From Bryobacteraceae bacterium (GTDB taxonomy: Bacteria > Acidobacteriota > Terriglobia > Bryobacterales > Bryobacteraceae): 64,000 bases of DNA. The notes under the pieces are model-generated. The model had not been told where the DNA came from. It was given only the letters and a program-made list of their open reading frames with translations, and searched no databases. Where the stretch lies: NCBI GenBank assembly GCA_965226755.1, contig CBDDDT010000005.1:148306-212305 (forward strand), in the 5' to 3' direction. The position numbers and the translations under genes were made by a program. Shown one piece after another: positions 62,375 through 64,000 of the stretch. Every line of letters begins with the position of its first letter. The first letter of the stretch is position 1.

Positions 62375-64000
62375 ATGATTTCGCGCCTCGTATCGTTCGC
62401 GCTTTCGCAACGCTTTCTCATCCTCGCCGGATCGCTGATGCTGATGATCTGGGGCGCGATCTCGTTCGGGCGCTTACCCATCGACGCGTATCCCGATCTC
62501 TCGCCCACGCACGTCGAGATCATTTCGCAATGGCCGGGGCATGCCGCCGAGGAGATGGAGCGGCTGGTCACGATTCCCATCGAAATCGAGATGAACGGAA
62601 TTCCGCGCCTGGAATTTCTGCGCTCGATCTCGCTCTACGGACTCTCGTCGGTGCAGATGAATTTCCAGTACGGCATCGATCCGTACTTTGCGCGGGAACA
62701 GGCTTTCGAGCGCGTGGCGAACGCGACCATGCCCGCGGGAGTGACTCCGTCGCTCTCGCCTCTGTTCAGCCCGAGCGGACTGATTTACCGGTACGTTCTG
62801 CAAAGTCCCGACCGCAGCCCGCAGGATCTGAAGATCATCGACGACTGGGTGCTGAATCGCCGGTTTCGGGCCATTGAAGGCGTAGCGGACGAGTCTGGAC
62901 TGGGCGGCACGACGATGCAGTATCAGGTGCTGCTCGATCCGGCCAAATTGCTGGCGTACGGAGTGACGGTGCCGTTGGTGGTGCAGCAACTCGGCGCGAA
63001 CAACGCGAACTCCGGCGGCGGCTTCTACTCGCAGGGAGGCCAGTTCTATTACGTCCGGGGTCTGGGACTGGTGCGCGACACCTCCGATATCGGCAATATC
63101 GTGCTGACGACGCATAGCGGCATTCCGGTTTACGTGCGCGACATCGCGCAGGTGCAGATCGGATACGCGCCGCGTCTGGGCCAGTTCGGATTCATGCGCC
63201 AGGACGATGCCGTGGAAGGCGTGATCCTGATGCGGGTCGGCGAGCAGGCGCAGGTTGTTCTGGATCGCGTCGCGCGCGTCACCGACGATATCAACCGGCA
63301 CGTGCTGCCTCCCGATGTAAAGATCGTGCCTTTCTATGACCGGCACGCGCTGATTGACGAGACGACCGACACCGTGGAGCGCAACCTGCTGCGCGGGATG
63401 GCTCTGGTGCTGATCGTTCTCGGGCTCATGTTGTTTAGCGTCCGGGCGGCGCTGATTGTCGCCGTCACGATTCCGTTCTCGCTGTTCTTTGCGTTCATCT
63501 GCCTGGACCTGCGTCATATTCCGGCGAACCTGCTCTCGATCGGCGCGATCGATTTCGGAATCATCGTGGACGGCGCGGTGGTGATGGTGGAGAACATTTT
63601 CCGCGAACTGGCGGAACATCGAGACCGGCCCCACAACGTAGTGGATGTGATCCGCAACGCGGCGCGCGACGTGGAGCGTCCGATTTTTTACGCGGTCGCC
63701 GTGATCGTGGCCGCCTATCTGCCGATCTACGTGCTCTCGGGCCCGTCGGGTCAGTTGTTCCAGCCGATGGCCGACACGATGTCCTTCGCGCTGCTGGGAT
63801 CTTTGCTTTGCGCCCTGACGCTGCTGCCGGTGCTGTGCGCCTACTTCATGCGGAACGTGAAGGAGCCCGATGCCCGATTTTTCGAATGGATCCGCAAGCA
63901 TTACGGCCGCTTGCTGGGCTGGTGTTTGCGTAACCGGATCGCGACGCTGCTGGTGTGCACGGTTGCGTTCGCGGCATCGCTGCTGTTGATTCCTTCGATC
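62375..64000 (+). CDS. CusA/CzcA heavy-metal RND permease, runs off the window (partial)
   Basis: Manual translation MISRLVSFALSQRFL..., LPIDAYPDL, EEMERLVTIPIE, SIGAIDFGIIVDGAVVMVEN, LFQPMA. Confidence 0.95.
   Translation, partial: MISRLVSFALSQRFLILAGSLMLMIWGAISFGRLPIDAYPDLSPTHVEIISQWPGHAAEEMERLVTIPIEIEMNGIPRLEFLRSISLYGLSSVQMNFQYGIDPYFAREQAFERVANATMPAGVTPSLSPLFSPSGLIYRYVLQSPDRSPQDLKIIDDWVLNRRFRAIEGVADESGLGGTTMQYQVLLDPAKLLAYGVTVPLVVQQLGANNANSGGGFYSQGGQFYYVRGLGLVRDTSDIGNIVLTTHSGIPVYVRDIAQVQIGYAPRLGQFGFMRQDDAVEGVILMRVGEQAQVVLDRVARVTDDINRHVLPPDVKIVPFYDRHALIDETTDTVERNLLRGMALVLIVLGLMLFSVRAALIVAVTIPFSLFFAFICLDLRHIPANLLSIGAIDFGIIVDGAVVMVENIFRELAEHRDRPHNVVDVIRNAARDVERPIFYAVAVIVAAYLPIYVLSGPSGQLFQPMADTMSFALLGSLLCALTLLPVLCAYFMRNVKEPDARFFEWIRKHYGRLLGWCLRNRIATLLVCTVAFAASLLLIPSI

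Noticed and set aside
62474-63901. 475-aa minus-strand ORF
   Set aside because: Shadow of the czcA-like gene, which the track omitted because it has no stop inside the window.

Overview
High-GC bacterial chromosome segment with about 57 protein-coding genes. The gene content (LptC-LptA fusion, HEAT-repeat anti-sigma factor, many family-typical hypotheticals) points to Acidobacteriota, probably Bryobacterales/Solibacter-like; this taxonomy is inferred, not searched. Housekeeping blocks: lptCA-lptB-rpoN-hpf-rapZ, an ECF sigma/anti-sigma/DUF4097/PDZ cassette, prs, clpS, a PPIase, lptD, rpsU, yvcK-glmU, a partial complex I cluster (nuoI-J-K-L-M-N-H), xerD with a tRNA nucleotidyltransferase, an EmrB/TetR pair, arsR-SRPBCC and a truncated CzcBA-type RND pair. 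I found no rRNA, tRNA, CRISPR array or transposase. The best candidate for a new system is an AT-richer cassette at about 25.9-27.6 kb. It holds a 39-codon sORF missing from the ORF track (Sec signal peptide plus a Pro-rich CPPLC mature peptide), a 7-TM protein with no catalytic domain directly downstream, and a convergent, 3'-overlapping 140-aa helical protein; together these resemble an undescribed peptide-receptor signalling module. Other highlights: a NuoL with a 26-residue amphipathic-helix duplication of the 2M type in a cluster with only one nuoM, a bactofilin coupled to a pseudokinase-TM-SPOR protein, a stand-alone HEPN-motif gene in a small islet, and a beta-propeller di-heme protein. 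All family assignments come from motif recognition by eye.
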